Of a stretch of 64,000 nt of DNA, positions 25,551 to 37,557 are shown in pieces. The position numbers were made by a program, and so were the translations under genes. Each line of letters begins with the position of its first letter. Within the stretch, counting starts at the first letter, position 1. Where the stretch lies: contig CM119264.1 in assembly GCA_051294375.1 (NCBI GenBank), positions 13,660,813-13,724,812 on the forward strand, in the 5' to 3' direction. Under the pieces are notes generated by a model. That model was given only the letters and a program-made list of their open reading frames with translations. It was not told the origin of the DNA and made no database searches. Source of the stretch: Paraspadella gotoi (lineage: Eukaryota; Animalia; Chaetognatha).

Positions 25551-25721
25551 TTAGACGCGCCGCGAGTATTCACGGAGCAACTCTATAAGTCACTTTTCGG
25601 TCGGTCTGTCGGTTGGTCGGTCAGTCGGTATGTCTGTCCGTCGGTCTGTCCCACTTACGTTAGAAATCCAGGGGCTAAGAAAGTCACTGCGGCGCAACAC
25701 ATTTGATGAACCAATCTTGTT
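25551..25721 (-). mobile_element. Short internally deleted copy of HINE family 1
   Basis: The reverse complement reads AACAAGATTGGTTCATCAAATGTGTTGCGCCGCAGTGACTT...AAGTGGGACAGACCGACGGACAGACATAC...GAAAAGTGACTTATAGAGTTGCTCCGTGAATACTCGCGGCGC, matching both ends of 19679-20172. An extra end fragment lies at 25801-25825. Confidence 0.75.
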
Positions 25722-27011
25722 AAAAGAATTCTCATATAAACTATATAAAATAAAATAGGTTAATGTCGAAAATACACGGAAATACACGGGATAAAAAATT
25801 CACTTCGGCGCAACACAACATTTGAATTTTCGTTCTTGTTTTTCACTTTCATTATCTCTGCCTTCCATCATGTTCAACCATATCCCTCTTTTCCGCTTCA
25901 GCCAAACAGACGTTTTTTCTGCCACACCTTTCCTCCTCCCTCTCGTTCATCCTCCTCCTTCTCTTCCTCTTCCTCCTCTTCCTCCTCCTCTTCCTCAGCT
26001 CTCCGTCCTTTTTACACTTTTGTCACAAAAAAAAAACCGACACACGCACACACATGAATAAAACTTTGGCGTGAGTCGCGTTGTTCATTTCGTCGTTCGT
26101 TTTACCTCCAGCGACGAATTTTCTGCTTTGCACTTTTTTTTTGTCAACAGTTTTTGGTTTTTTTTTACTGTATATTTATGGGCGACTGGCGTCAACTTTT
26201 TTGTTTCTCTTCTTTCTCTCGCCTCTTATTTTTTTTTCGAATCTAGTATTTTGTTTTGGTTATCGATTCTTATCTCTTATCAACAAACTTTTTTATTTTC
26301 TTTTCTCCTTCTCCTTTTATTGACACTAATTATTAATTTAATCTAGTTTACTCATTACATCTTCCACTCTCCGTCAATCCATCGGAGTGTCATATCGGCT
26401 GTCCGCTCCTTTTCGTCGAGTCCGCTATCTCGACATGACCTCGACTTTGATTCCTTCAACTGCCGCAGTCGGTCAGTCCCAGTTCCCACTTTCCAGGCTC
26501 ATTACTCGGCTTGTAATTCATTTATCTTTTTGGATAACAAGAAAACGTGAGTTTATGCTTTTTCCATTTCTTTCCTTTCTATTTCCTCTCTCTTGTTTTC
26601 TTTTTTCTTTTCTTTTCTTTCTATTTCCTTTCTCTTGTTTTCTTTTTTCTTTTCATTTCTTTTCTTTCTATTTCCTCTCTCTTGTTTTCTTTTTTTCCAC
26701 GCGATTTCCTGTGTGATTATTTTTATTTTCTTTTCCCCTCCTCTGCGATCCTCGTCTTCGACTGTTCGTGCGTGACGCAGTTGCGGGAGTGGCGAAAGAG
26801 GGGGGGTGGGGGGGAGTGTTAGTGGGACAGTTTCTGGCTGATGGGTGTCGACGACGACGACGACGATGACGTCAGAGGTTTCGGTCGAGAGCGGTGAGAT
26901 TAAGAGCAAGAATCACTGCGGCGATTGTGAGATGAAGTCCAGATCGACTTTCTACCTGATGTTTTCATTGAACAACTATCTAAATATATTAACTTACTCT
27001 TCTGTCTCCTG

Positions 27012-27090
<79 letters not shown>

Positions 27091-27093
<3 letters not shown>

Positions 27094-28429
27094 GTCAGGC
27101 ATTACAAAGCACCGGGCACCCAAATCACATCTTCACTAGTGCCGAAGTCCGTCCGCGCATATTCGAGGTTCCCTTGCACCCGAACTGGCGCCTATTTACA
27201 CCTCCATCGTACAACCCTAAGCCAGCACCTGCGCCCAAAAGCTCTTAAGGCGGAACCTTCTCGCGTTTTTTTCGAAACGATGATGAATGCGAAGGAAATG
27301 AAAGGAAAATTCTCGTTTACATCGAAACTTTTCGAGTTTCTAAGGCATACAGACATACAGACGGACCTACTACATACCGGCCGATAGAATCGTAATTATA
27401 TATTTGAATTTGTATTTTTTTTAATCATTTAATCTTTCGATGATTGTTACTCAGGAAAAAAAAAGATATATGATAATAGGCCTTTCTTTTTCTTTTTTTT
27501 GAGTTATTTCAGATATGATAAACGAAATCATTCATGTTCTAAAATGGCATCGAGGAGAGATTTTCATATTTAATGCTCGTTACGTCTCGCGCGCTCAAAG
27601 GTCGTTGAACCCTTGAGCTCTCGCTCTCGCTCTCTGTCGTTGTTTCTGCTGATGAATATTATTGTTGTAAGTTGCTGTCGACTTTGCGTCAAAGTCTGCC
27701 GTCTTTCCTCCCTGTCATTTCTGGCTGATGGAACCCTGACTCTGGGGCTTAAAACCAGAATCGCTCCCCATGCGTTTCTCCGAAAAGTAGGGAACTTTTT
27801 TTTTTCTCGTTCTGTTCTCCGCCTCCTTCTCATTCTCCTTCTCATTCCTCACCATCACTCATCCGGTTTCACCGACTTCACCCAAACTCATAACCAACTT
27901 TCACGAGAGGAAAACGATTCGCATTGCGGCAACAACCGAGACGAATTCTCAAACTAACCATCGTCTTTCGGTTTTTTTTTTTCTGCAAAAAAAAATTCGC
28001 AGCAAATCACTAATCCCTTACAAACCCAACAAATACCATTTATAATTACCAATCAATCACCCTCTAGCGAATTTAATAAAACATTTCCAATCACCCATCA
28101 TTCATCAATCACCCTCTAGCGAAATTTCCAATCACCAATCTCTCACCCATCACCCGCGACCCTCGACCGATCATTCCACCTCAATTTCTTTCCAATCGCT
28201 TTCTCTTCTCCGCGGGAGAAAAAAAAAAGGAGAGAGAGAAAAGAGGGAGGAAGAGGAAGAAAAGGGAGGAAAGGAAAGGATTGAGAGGAAAGATTGAGGC
28301 AAAGTCGGGAAGTGAAAGAGGAAATGAGGAGAGAAGATTGAGACGAAGATAAGAAAAAAAAATGGAGGCACGAGAGAAGAGAAAGGGGCTGGCCGATTCC
28401 ATCAGAAAGAAACTGAAAGAAATATGATC

Positions 28430-28466
<37 letters not shown>

Positions 28467-29135
28467 ACTGTTGTTTTCTTCCCTTCCTTTGTCACGTTTT
28501 TCTTTTATATTCTTAAAATGTTTTCTCCTTTGTTCTTTTATTTTTTTTTTAAACTCCCCAAGAGGTTTTAGCCTCGGTTCACTCTCCCGTAAAGCGAGAC
28601 AGTTTCGAATCATCAAACGAAGTCGAGGCTCCATCTAGTAAACCTACCTTTGTCTCTCTCNNNNNNNNNNNNNNNNNNNNNNNNNNNNNNNNNNNNNNNN
28701 NNNNNNNNNNNNNNNNNNNNNNNNNNNNNNNNNNNNNNNNNNNNNNNNNNNNNNNNNNNNNNNNNNNNNNNNNNNNNNNNNNNNNNNNNNNNNNNNNNNN
28801 NNNNNNNNNNNNNNNNNNNNNNNNNNNNNNNNNNNNNNNNNNNNNNCTTTTTAACTCCTTCCTCCTTCGAATTCTGTTTCCGCCCGTTTTCTTCTTTTCA
28901 TCTCATTCCTTGTTTTCTTCGCCCTGGTTTCTTTCCAGGGTTTTCCCCGTTTCTTACTTTTTTCTTCTTTCTTTTCTCTTCTCTCCATCGTCTTTCCTTC
29001 TCCTTACCTTATTCCATCCCTTTCCTTTTTTCCTTTCGCTTCGTTTACATTTCCCTTTCATCGATTCCGCTGTTTGTATCCACAAAGAAAATTCCTTCTT
29101 TGTTTTTGGGACGGACCCACCCAAACACAAGAGAG

Positions 29136-29174
<39 letters not shown>

Positions 29175-30701
29175 CTCTCTCTCACTCCGTATCTCTCCTC
29201 TCTCTCTCTCTCGTTCTCTCTCTCGTCTCTCTCGTCAGGCGTTACAAGCACCGGGGACCTAAAATCACATCTTCACTAAGTGCCGAAAGTCCGTCCGGCG
29301 CATAATTCGGAGGTTCCCTTGCACCCGAACTGGCGCCTATTTACACCGTCCATCGTGCAAGCTAAGCCAGCACCTGCGCCCAAAACCTCTTAAGGAGGCG
29401 GATACCTTCTCGCGTTTTTTTTTCGAAACGAGATGAATGCGAAGGAAATGAAAGGAAAATCTCGTTTACATCGAAACTTTTCGAGTTTCTAAGTCATAAG
29501 ACATACAGACGGACCTTACTACATACCGGCCGGGGATAGAATCGTAAATTATATATTTGAATTTGTATTTTTTTTATCATTTAATCTTTCGATGAATGTT
29601 GTTACTTCGGGAAAAAAAAAGATATATGATAATAGGGGCCTTTCTTTTTCCTCTTTTTTTTTTGAGTTTATTTAAAATTGTAAAACGAATCATTCATGTT
29701 CCTAAAATGGCATCGAGGAGAGATTTTCAATATTTAAAATGCTGCGTTACGTCTCGCGCGCTGCAAGGATCGTGAACCCTTGAAAGCTCCTCGCTCTCGC
29801 TCTCGTGTGGTTGTTTCTGCTGAATGATATTATTGGTTGTAAGTTGCCTGTCGACTTGCGTCAAAGTTGCCGTCTTTCCTCCGCTGTCATTTTGGCTGAT
29901 GGGAACCCTGACTCCTTGGGGCTTAAAAACCAGAATCGCTCCCACGCGTTTTTGTCCCGAAAAGTAGGGAACTTTTTTTTCTTTTTTTTCTCGTTCCGTC
30001 TCCCGCCGCCTCCTTCTCATTCCCTTCTCATTCTCACCATGCACTCATCCGGTTTCACCACCGAACTTCACCCCAAACTGCATAACCACTTTACGGAGAG
30101 GAAAACGAATTCGCATTGCGGCAATACATCACGCGGAGACGAATTCTCAAACTAACGCATCGTCTTTCGGTTTTTTTTTTTTCTGCAAAAAAAAATATTC
30201 GCAGAAAATTCCACTATCCCTTACATAACCCACAAATAACCATTTATAATTATCAATCAATCACCCTCTAGCGAATTTAATAAACATTTCCCAATCACCG
30301 TATCATTCATCAATCACCCTCTAGCGAAATTTCCAATCACCAATCTCTCACGCCATCAACCCGCGACCTCGCCGGATGCATTTCCACTCAATTTCTTTCC
30401 CATCGCTTTCTCCTTCTCCGGCGGGAGAAAAAAAAAGGAGAGAGAGAAGAGGGGAGGAAGAGGGGAAGAAAGGGAGGAAAGGAAAGGATTGAGAGGAAAG
30501 ATTGAGGCAAGTCGGGAAGTGTGAAGAGGAAATGAGGAGAGAAGATTGAGTACGACAGATAAAGAAAAAAAAATGGAGTTTCAGCGAGAGAAAGAGAAAG
30601 GGGCTGGCCGATTCCATCAGAAAGAAACTGAAAGAAATATGATCCATTCCTCTCTCCTCTGCTCTCTCTCCTCATCTCTCTCTGCTCTCTCTCCTCTCCT
30701 G

Positions 30702-30734
<33 letters not shown>

Positions 30735-30847
30735 CTCTCTCATAAAATGGAAGTGAATTCATCTCGTCTGTTTTGTTTAGCATAGTGATTTTATTACCTC
30801 CTCTGTGCTTCCTCCCTCATTCTTTTCTTCTTTTTCCTCTCTCTTCT

Positions 30848-30884
<37 letters not shown>

Positions 30885-31017
30885 GTATCCTGGCTTTCAC
30901 CCCATTCTATTCCAAAAAACGCATCTGGGTTTTTGTTAGCGTTTTTATTTTGTTCGATAATTTCAATTTTCTATCCATATCTCGAATCTTATTCTTTTCG
31001 GTTACCACTGTCTTTAC

Positions 31018-31053
<36 letters not shown>

Positions 31054-31875
31054 CTTCCTCTCTCTCTCCGTAGTCTCCTCTCTCTCTCTCTCTCTTCTCC
31101 TCTTCTTCTCTTTCACTGTTGTTTTCTTCTCCTTCCTTTGTCAACGTTTTTTCTTTTTATTATTCTTAAAAGAATGTTTTCCCCTTTCTCCTCTGCCTTT
31201 GTTTTCTTTTATTTTTTTTTTTTTTTTAAACATCCCCATGGAGGTTTTTAAAGAGCTCGGTTCACTCACTCTCCCCGTAAAAGCGCAGACGTTTTCGAAT
31301 GCATTCAAACGAAGTTCGAGAGCTCCATTAAGTAATACGCTACCTTTGTCTCTCTCTCTCTTCCTCTCTCTTGTCTCTCTCTCTTCTCCTTCTCTCTCTC
31401 TCCTCTCCTCTCTCTCTGCTTCTTCTCGTCTTCCGCCTGTCCTCCTTCGTCTCGTCTCTCATCTCTCTCTCTCTCTCTCTATCCTCATATCGGTTTCTTT
31501 TTCCTTTCTTCTTTTCTTTTTAAACCTCTCCTCCTCCTTACGAATTCTGTTTCCGGGCCCGTTTTCCCCCCTCTCCCCCCTTCTTTTCCACATCTCATTC
31601 CTTGTTTTCTTCGCCTGGTTCCACTTCCACTCTCCTTCTTCCTTCCTCTCTCTTCCCCTCGCCTTGCTTTATTTTCCAGGTTCCCCCCGTTTTCTTCCTT
31701 ACTTTTTTTCCTCTTCTTTATCCTTTCTTCTCCTCCATCGTCTCTTCTCTCTTTACCCTTTATTCCAACCGCTTTTCTCCTTTTCCTTTCGCTTCGTTTA
31801 CATTTCCCTTTCAAATCACGATTCCCGCGTGTTGTATCCAACAAAGAAAATTCTCTTCTTTGTTTTTGGGGACGG
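27091..31875. other. Direct duplication 27091-29113 vs 29231-31875; second copy indel-rich
   Basis: The copies are collinear throughout. The second fills the 28661-28846 gap and has an extra ~330 bp (30741-31070) between (CT)n tracts. In addition, 31885-32030 recurs at 39325-39480. Confidence 0.88.
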
Positions 31876-34184
31876 GGGAGGGACGAGAAGGAATAGCAAC
31901 GAAAGATAGAGACGAAGAAATGTAAAGGGAAAGTAAATAAAAAAGAGGAAGATGAGGAGAAGACAAGGAACAAAAAAAATAATGGGAAAAAATGGATTGA
32001 ACTGAGGTGGAACTGAAGGAGAAAAAGAAAATTTTGAAAGTGAAAGGAGAATAAGAAGAAAAGGGAAAGAAAGAAAGAGAAAAAAAAAGAAAAAGAGTAA
32101 AAAAGAAAGAAAAGAAGAAAAAAAAGGCAAGAAAGAAAGAAAAAAAGCAAGAAAGAAAGAAAGAAAAGAAAGAAATGAAAGAAAGAAAGAAAAGGAAAGA
32201 ATAAAAGACAGCAAAAATATAGAAAAAATAATTAAAAGAAAGAAAGGAAAAGAGAAAAAGAAGAAAGAAAAGAAAGAAGAAGAAGATTAAAAAATAGAGT
32301 AAAAAGCCAGAAGAAGGAGTAACAGTAACTTTTTTTCTTTACCTCGATAAACTGGAGGAGCGGCTATCTCCAAACTAGGAGTTGTAATCAGCTAGATATG
32401 AGTAATAGATGCAGGAGGTATTTGCGTTGTGTCCCCATTTGAGCGGATTTTTAAAAATTAAGAAATTGCGCTCGCACCCTAACCATTTTTTTTAACAAGA
32501 TTTTGCTCAGCGGCAGTTATTAATGAAGCAGCCCATCATTTTTTTGCTCATAATACCTCCGAGACGAGACCTAAGCATAGATGTATAAATTATCTTTGGA
32601 AATTAATTATTTTAATTTTTTTGTTTTAAAAAATAATTATTTAGTAAAATAAATATTCAAGAGTATTACTGTTAAATACCAAGGGTGATGGTTTTTATTA
32701 CAAATGATACATGAACAAGAGCAGTTTTAATAAATACAATAAAATTTTAAAAAATTAATCTTTAAATACCCAAAAATATTTTTCAATATTATAAAAATAT
32801 AATTATGTTCTTAAAAACTAATAAATATTTTAAAACTATAAAGGGTTTGAAAGCGGACATCATGAGTCATGGGCTGATTTGCCAAATCTGTTTTTGTTTT
32901 TTAAAATTTGTATTTCTTGTTCTTGTTTTACAGACTCCATAATTGTAAAATTAAGAAATCATCCTTTTTTTCAAACTTATAAAAAATGATAGGTCCATGG
33001 TGGTATTGAAAATTTAAAACTAACTTTGAATAAAGTAATATCTTCTTGCTATTAAAATTTTAATGAAAGGATAAGATCTTGCCAAGATATAGGGAAAGAA
33101 GTGTCATTATTTTATATTGTTTCTTCATGAAAAGATAAGATTTTTTTTAATAAGATGAAAACGATTCTTTCATGGCCGAAGCGGCATACGGGCCAGAAGG
33201 TTCTTTCTTCAGACGGAGGTATTAGGTAGGCAGACTTATTTCAATTTTCTCCTGCAATCTATTGAGGACAACCTACTCACAACTTTTTTGAGTCCTAATT
33301 CTTTTTCCTTACTTTTTCTTTTACCTTCTTAATCTTGCACAACAAAGTCAGAGTTCAATGCAGAAATAATGAGTAAGACTTTCATGCATGAAAGTTTTTT
33401 AAAATCAAAAACGAGTATTGGTAAAGGGTTACCATACATCATATGTAATCTTTTTGAATATTTTTTTCAAAAGATTTTACGTAAATGCTTGGCACACTCT
33501 GAAAAAAAAATACTAAACAAATTGACTTTTTTGATAATATCCTTAAGCTTTATTCTAACAAGGGTCGAACCCATCCTAATTATCTTGTAGTAGGGGTAGT
33601 CCACACTCATGGAAATGCACTTTTTTCTAATTAAACTTAAAGCATATAAGGATTCGTCGCAATTGCTTAGAGAGCAGAGAAGAGAGAGAATCGTTTTTCG
33701 CTCCCGGACGAATCACGAAGAGAGCGCGTTAACAACTATTTTGGTGGCAGTTGAAGGGGCTTTTAACGTTTTTTTTTCTTTTTTTTTTTTTTTTTTTTTT
33801 TTTTTGTCTTCCTTTTTCTTCTTTCTTTTTTTTTTTTTTTTTTTTTTCTCTTTGTTTTTTTTTCGTCTTCTCTCTTTAGACAATATTAAAAATTATCATT
33901 TAGTTTCTCTTCTTTTATACTTTAGTGACAGTCGAATCGTCTTGTAAAAGACGTTTAACGGGAAAATACGTACACAAGAAGCGGCGCGAACTGCACAAGA
34001 GTACGGTAGTGAAGGTTTTTTCAGTAAAACTAGACACAACTTCTCAATACAATATTACACGCCGTAATGCAGCGCTCGTACGACTATGCAGTGCTAACAA
34101 ACTATTTAGTAAAACGTATGACTATTTCTTAACAGAGCGAGAGAAGGAGAACATGAAAAAATATTGTTTGTTTTTTTTGTTTTT

Positions 34185-35360
34185 GTTTTTGTCGAATCTG
34201 CTTATCAGCAGATTCCCGACTCTTAAATTCACTTTGTCGGTCCGTCGGGTCCGCCCGCCTCAATATTGTCGGGCCTAACTTATATTCATGTCAGAACAAA
34301 TCGAAATTATGATAATTTGCAAAAAAATATGTCCGTTCCGTTCGTCCGGTCCTAACCTTAGGTCAAAAAACGACCCCAATTACTCGGTGATTGGATGGAT
34401 GGATTTGAATGGAATTTTGTGTGTGGGTAGGGAAGTGTGTGATTGAGAGGCTAGAATATAAAGTATCGATTGGAAATCGTCCTAGTGGAAATGAGTTTAA
34501 AATGGAAAAACAAAAATAAATTCACTATTTTTGAACATCCAATTGGCTCATGGAGTGGATTGGGCGTTGACCTGGAATTTTTGTATGTGAGTGAAGTTGT
34601 GTGATTGAACGGAATGGGATGGAATCTTTTGAGTGGAAATGAGTTTTTAAAAAAATGGAAAAAAAACAAAAAACCTGTTTCGGCTATTGGCTTATGATTC
34701 TTTTTCCCTTTATAATTAAATGTATATGGCAGGATGTAATTAATAAATCCAAATAATTATCAGTTTAATTAATCAATAGTCATTTAATTAATATCAATAA
34801 TAATTAATTAGTCCAATCATCCGTCCATACCGTTTCCACATTGAGCAAAAAGCTCCAATAACTCGTGATTGGCCTGGTTGGATTGAAATGATTGAAAAGT
34901 GTGTGATAAAAGACCTGGATATAGTTTTCGACGGAAATCGTGTGATGGAAAATGAGTTTAAGGTGGAAAAACATAAGTGCATTTACTAAATTTTTTATCT
35001 TTATTTTTAACCAATAAGTACTTCTATTAAATCATAATTGGATGGATAGATTTGAGTTCAAAATTTGTTGTGTGGGTAAGAAAAAGTGTAACGATGCTTG
35101 TATAAGTTCGTTTGAAGGCCGTACGAGTGGGAAATGAGTTTAAATGAAAAATTATGAAGTCACATTTTACGTTTGAAATCTTTTTCTTATTTTAACCCAT
35201 AATAGATTGAGATTGAAATTTTGGAGCCGTTGTAGGAGAAGTGTGTGAAAATGAAAAAGCTAGAGATATAAAGTTTTGACCGAAATTTGTTGCCAGTGGA
35301 AATGAGTTTAAAACAATGGGAAAACATAAAGTCACATTTACCACTTGAAATCTTCTTTAA
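34185..35360. mobile_element. HINE/DINE-1-like element, family 2, with internal tandem repeats
   Basis: A T-run is followed by the hairpin GTCGAATCTGC-TTATCA-GCAGATTCCCGAC (34191-34220) and GTCC/GTCG microsatellite patches. A ~150-180-bp unit anchored by (A)GTGGAAATGAGTTT recurs at 34484, 34632, ~34945, 35126 and 35295. The right boundary is approximate. Confidence 0.6.
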
Positions 35361-35634
35361 TTATGATTACTAATTTATGATTTACTAATAAAGTTTATTA
35401 ATGATAATGTGAAAAATTTGAATGCAATTTAAAATATTAAATGCAGTTGAAAAAATGATTGCAAGCAGAAAAATGATGCAAGTTAAAATCCTAAAAGCAT
35501 AAGGATAAATTAGCGAATAAAAAAGTTGGTTTATTTTACTCACTGAATAAAATTACTTAAATACTTAAAATACTAATTGAAAAATTTATTATTTCCAATA
35601 ACATTGTTTAAAAATCCATGCAATATAAATTCTA

Positions 35635-35930
35635 GTAAGGCGGGCCAAAATTGACCACTTTTTTATAACTTCTAGTTCCTCCTCTCAAAAAAATTTCTTT
35701 TTTCCTTCTAACTACTAATCGATTTTCCAATGTAACTTTGCCAACGCAAGAAGGGAAGTCGTAAGGACTGTAGATGGAACACTACGCCTGGGATGTGTGT
35801 TCCCCCTCTGAGCCAATGGTATTGGCTGAAACGATTGTGACGTGAAGTGGTGTGAATAATATTCCACTGATATATATCACCCGTACGCCATTTTGTGAAC
35901 AGAACGTTTCTGAAGAATTTTTTCAAAGTT
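35635..35930 (-). pseudogene. Decayed Tc1/mariner (DD37D/DD41D-like) transposase C-terminal remnant with possible TIR
   Basis: The minus strand gives RFSQYHWLRGG...(frame change) SPYDF...FLxWxSYIxKS, resembling RFPNRWIGRGG...SPDLxPLDFFLWGYLKS. The adjacent TAAGGCGGGCCAAAATTGACCAC resembles TACAGGGTGGGCCAAA-type TIRs. Confidence 0.4.
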
Positions 35931-35983
35931 TTTTTTAAAATTATTTTTGTTTTGAAAACAGATGCACAGACGTTTACTCTTTC

Positions 35984-36190
35984 ACATCGCATCAATACAT
36001 TTGGTTAATTACATAAATCATTATTTGAGTTGTCCATCGCATCAATTATTGTTATAAACGCATAATAATTTGGTTATCATCGCCATCAATATTTGGTTAT
36101 CTCGCGTCAATAATATTGGTTATCCATCGCATCAATAATAATTCCTACTTACATCAATAAAATTACTATTACAAATCAATAATTCGTAAT
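35984..36190. repeat. Degenerate ~21-25-bp minisatellite (CATCGCATCAATAATATTTGGTTAT)
   Basis: About 8-9 imperfect units are seen directly. Confidence 0.75.
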
Positions 36191-36734
36191 GCGCATTCAA
36201 ATTATTTTTCCCGGATGTTTTTCATTAATTTTCCCTTTAACATAGCTAGCTGGCTCGATCAGTACTTACTTTTAAAGATTTTTAAAAATTTTTTAATAAT
36301 AAAAAAAAGAAAATTGTCAAAAAGAGTGATAAAATTATTAACAAGTTTTGAAGGGCAAACGATTATCAGAGATTGTATTATTTTTTATTTACTCCTAAGA
36401 AAGTTGCATTCCCCTTTTCTTTTTAACCGACGTAGTTCAAACCTATTAATAAAAATAATTATTAGGTAAGTTATTTTTTTTTTTAAATTAAAAAGTTTTA
36501 AAACTATAGTCTTTTTTTTAAAAAAATTCTTCCTTAGCAAAACAAAGGAAATTTATCTCTCTAATTTCAATTGAGCATAATTTTTTTAAAAAATCTTTCA
36601 CAAACATTGTTAAAAATATCATTTTTTAAAAAGATTATCTGATGCGTTAATCCTTTCTTTTTCGTTGTTCATAAGGTATTTAGAGAGATGAGCAAAAGGA
36701 ATTTTGAATTTACACGATTTTTTATTAGTAGTTT

Positions 36735-36774
36735 GACATGTTTCGGCTTGCTTATTTCAAGCCTTTCACATCAG
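36735..36774 (-). ncRNA. Minimal hammerhead ribozyme motif (minus-strand copy)
   Basis: The reverse complement is CTGATG(TG)AAA-GGCTTG-AAATAAG-CAAGCC-GAAA-CATG-TC, with a perfect 6-bp stem II and palindromic CATG loop III. The core has probable sequencing insertions. Confidence 0.7.
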
Positions 36775-37515
36775 CATATACATTCAATAATAAATTTTGT
36801 GGGCAAAAGAAGAGTGTGAGAGAGAAAGAGGAGAGAGAGGAGAGAGAGAGAGGGTAAAGTTTTTTCGCAACAAAGTGGTGAGACCGAATAGTGGTCAGTG
36901 ATGTGAGGACAGGTTTGAAAGGTGAGAAGATTGAGTGAGTTTGTGAAAAAGAGTGAAACTTGTTAAAGAGAGAGAGAGAGAGAGTAAGAGGAGAGAGAGA
37001 GAAAGCAAAAAAACAACAGAGATAAATAATAATAAAGATTACAATTTTTGCAATGTCACAAAGATAAAGTGAGTTTGAAAAACTAACATTGGAGAAAATT
37101 TTAACATTTCACTAGTGAATAAATTAAGTAATTAGGCTAAGGGATAGTTAAGTGAAAATGAAATATGAAAGAAGTAGTTTTTTTAGTTTTCTAAGTTGAT
37201 AATTAAGAGGATTTAGATTAAGAAAAGTGAAATTCAAGGGAAAGAAAAGGAGCTCAAAGTGATGATTATTTATTATCTCTGTTGTTTTTTGTTTCTCTCT
37301 TCTCTCTCTCCTCTTTCTCTCTCTCCTCTTTAACAAGTTTCACTTCTTTCACAACTCACTCAATACTGTCCTCACCTTCAACCTGTCTCACATCTGACCA
37401 CTATTCTGTCTCACCACTTTGTTGGAAAACTTTACCCTCCTCTCTCATCTCTCTCTCTTCTCCCTCCTCTCTCACACTCTTTCCTTTTGCACAAAATTTA
37501 TTTTGAATGTCAATG

Positions 37516-37557
37516 CTGATGAAGGCTTGAAAATAAGCAGGGAGCCCGAAACATGTC
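37516..37557 (+). ncRNA. Minimal hammerhead ribozyme motif (plus-strand copy)
   Basis: CTGATGA-AGGCTTGAAAATAAGCAGGGAGCCC-GAAA-CATG-TC has intact CUGAUGA and GAAA boxes and a GUC triplet. Stem I pairing is weak as assembled. Confidence 0.72.

Noticed and set aside
30773-31909. 378-aa Leu/Ser/Phe-rich ORF
   Set aside because: A product of pyrimidine-rich microsatellite DNA in a noisy duplicated block. The same applies to the many SLSLSL/ERERER ORFs.
34484-36190. Regularly spaced repeats as a CRISPR-like array
   Set aside because: The spacers are homologous to each other, spacing is irregular, there are no cas genes and the DNA is eukaryotic. These are TE-internal tandem repeats.
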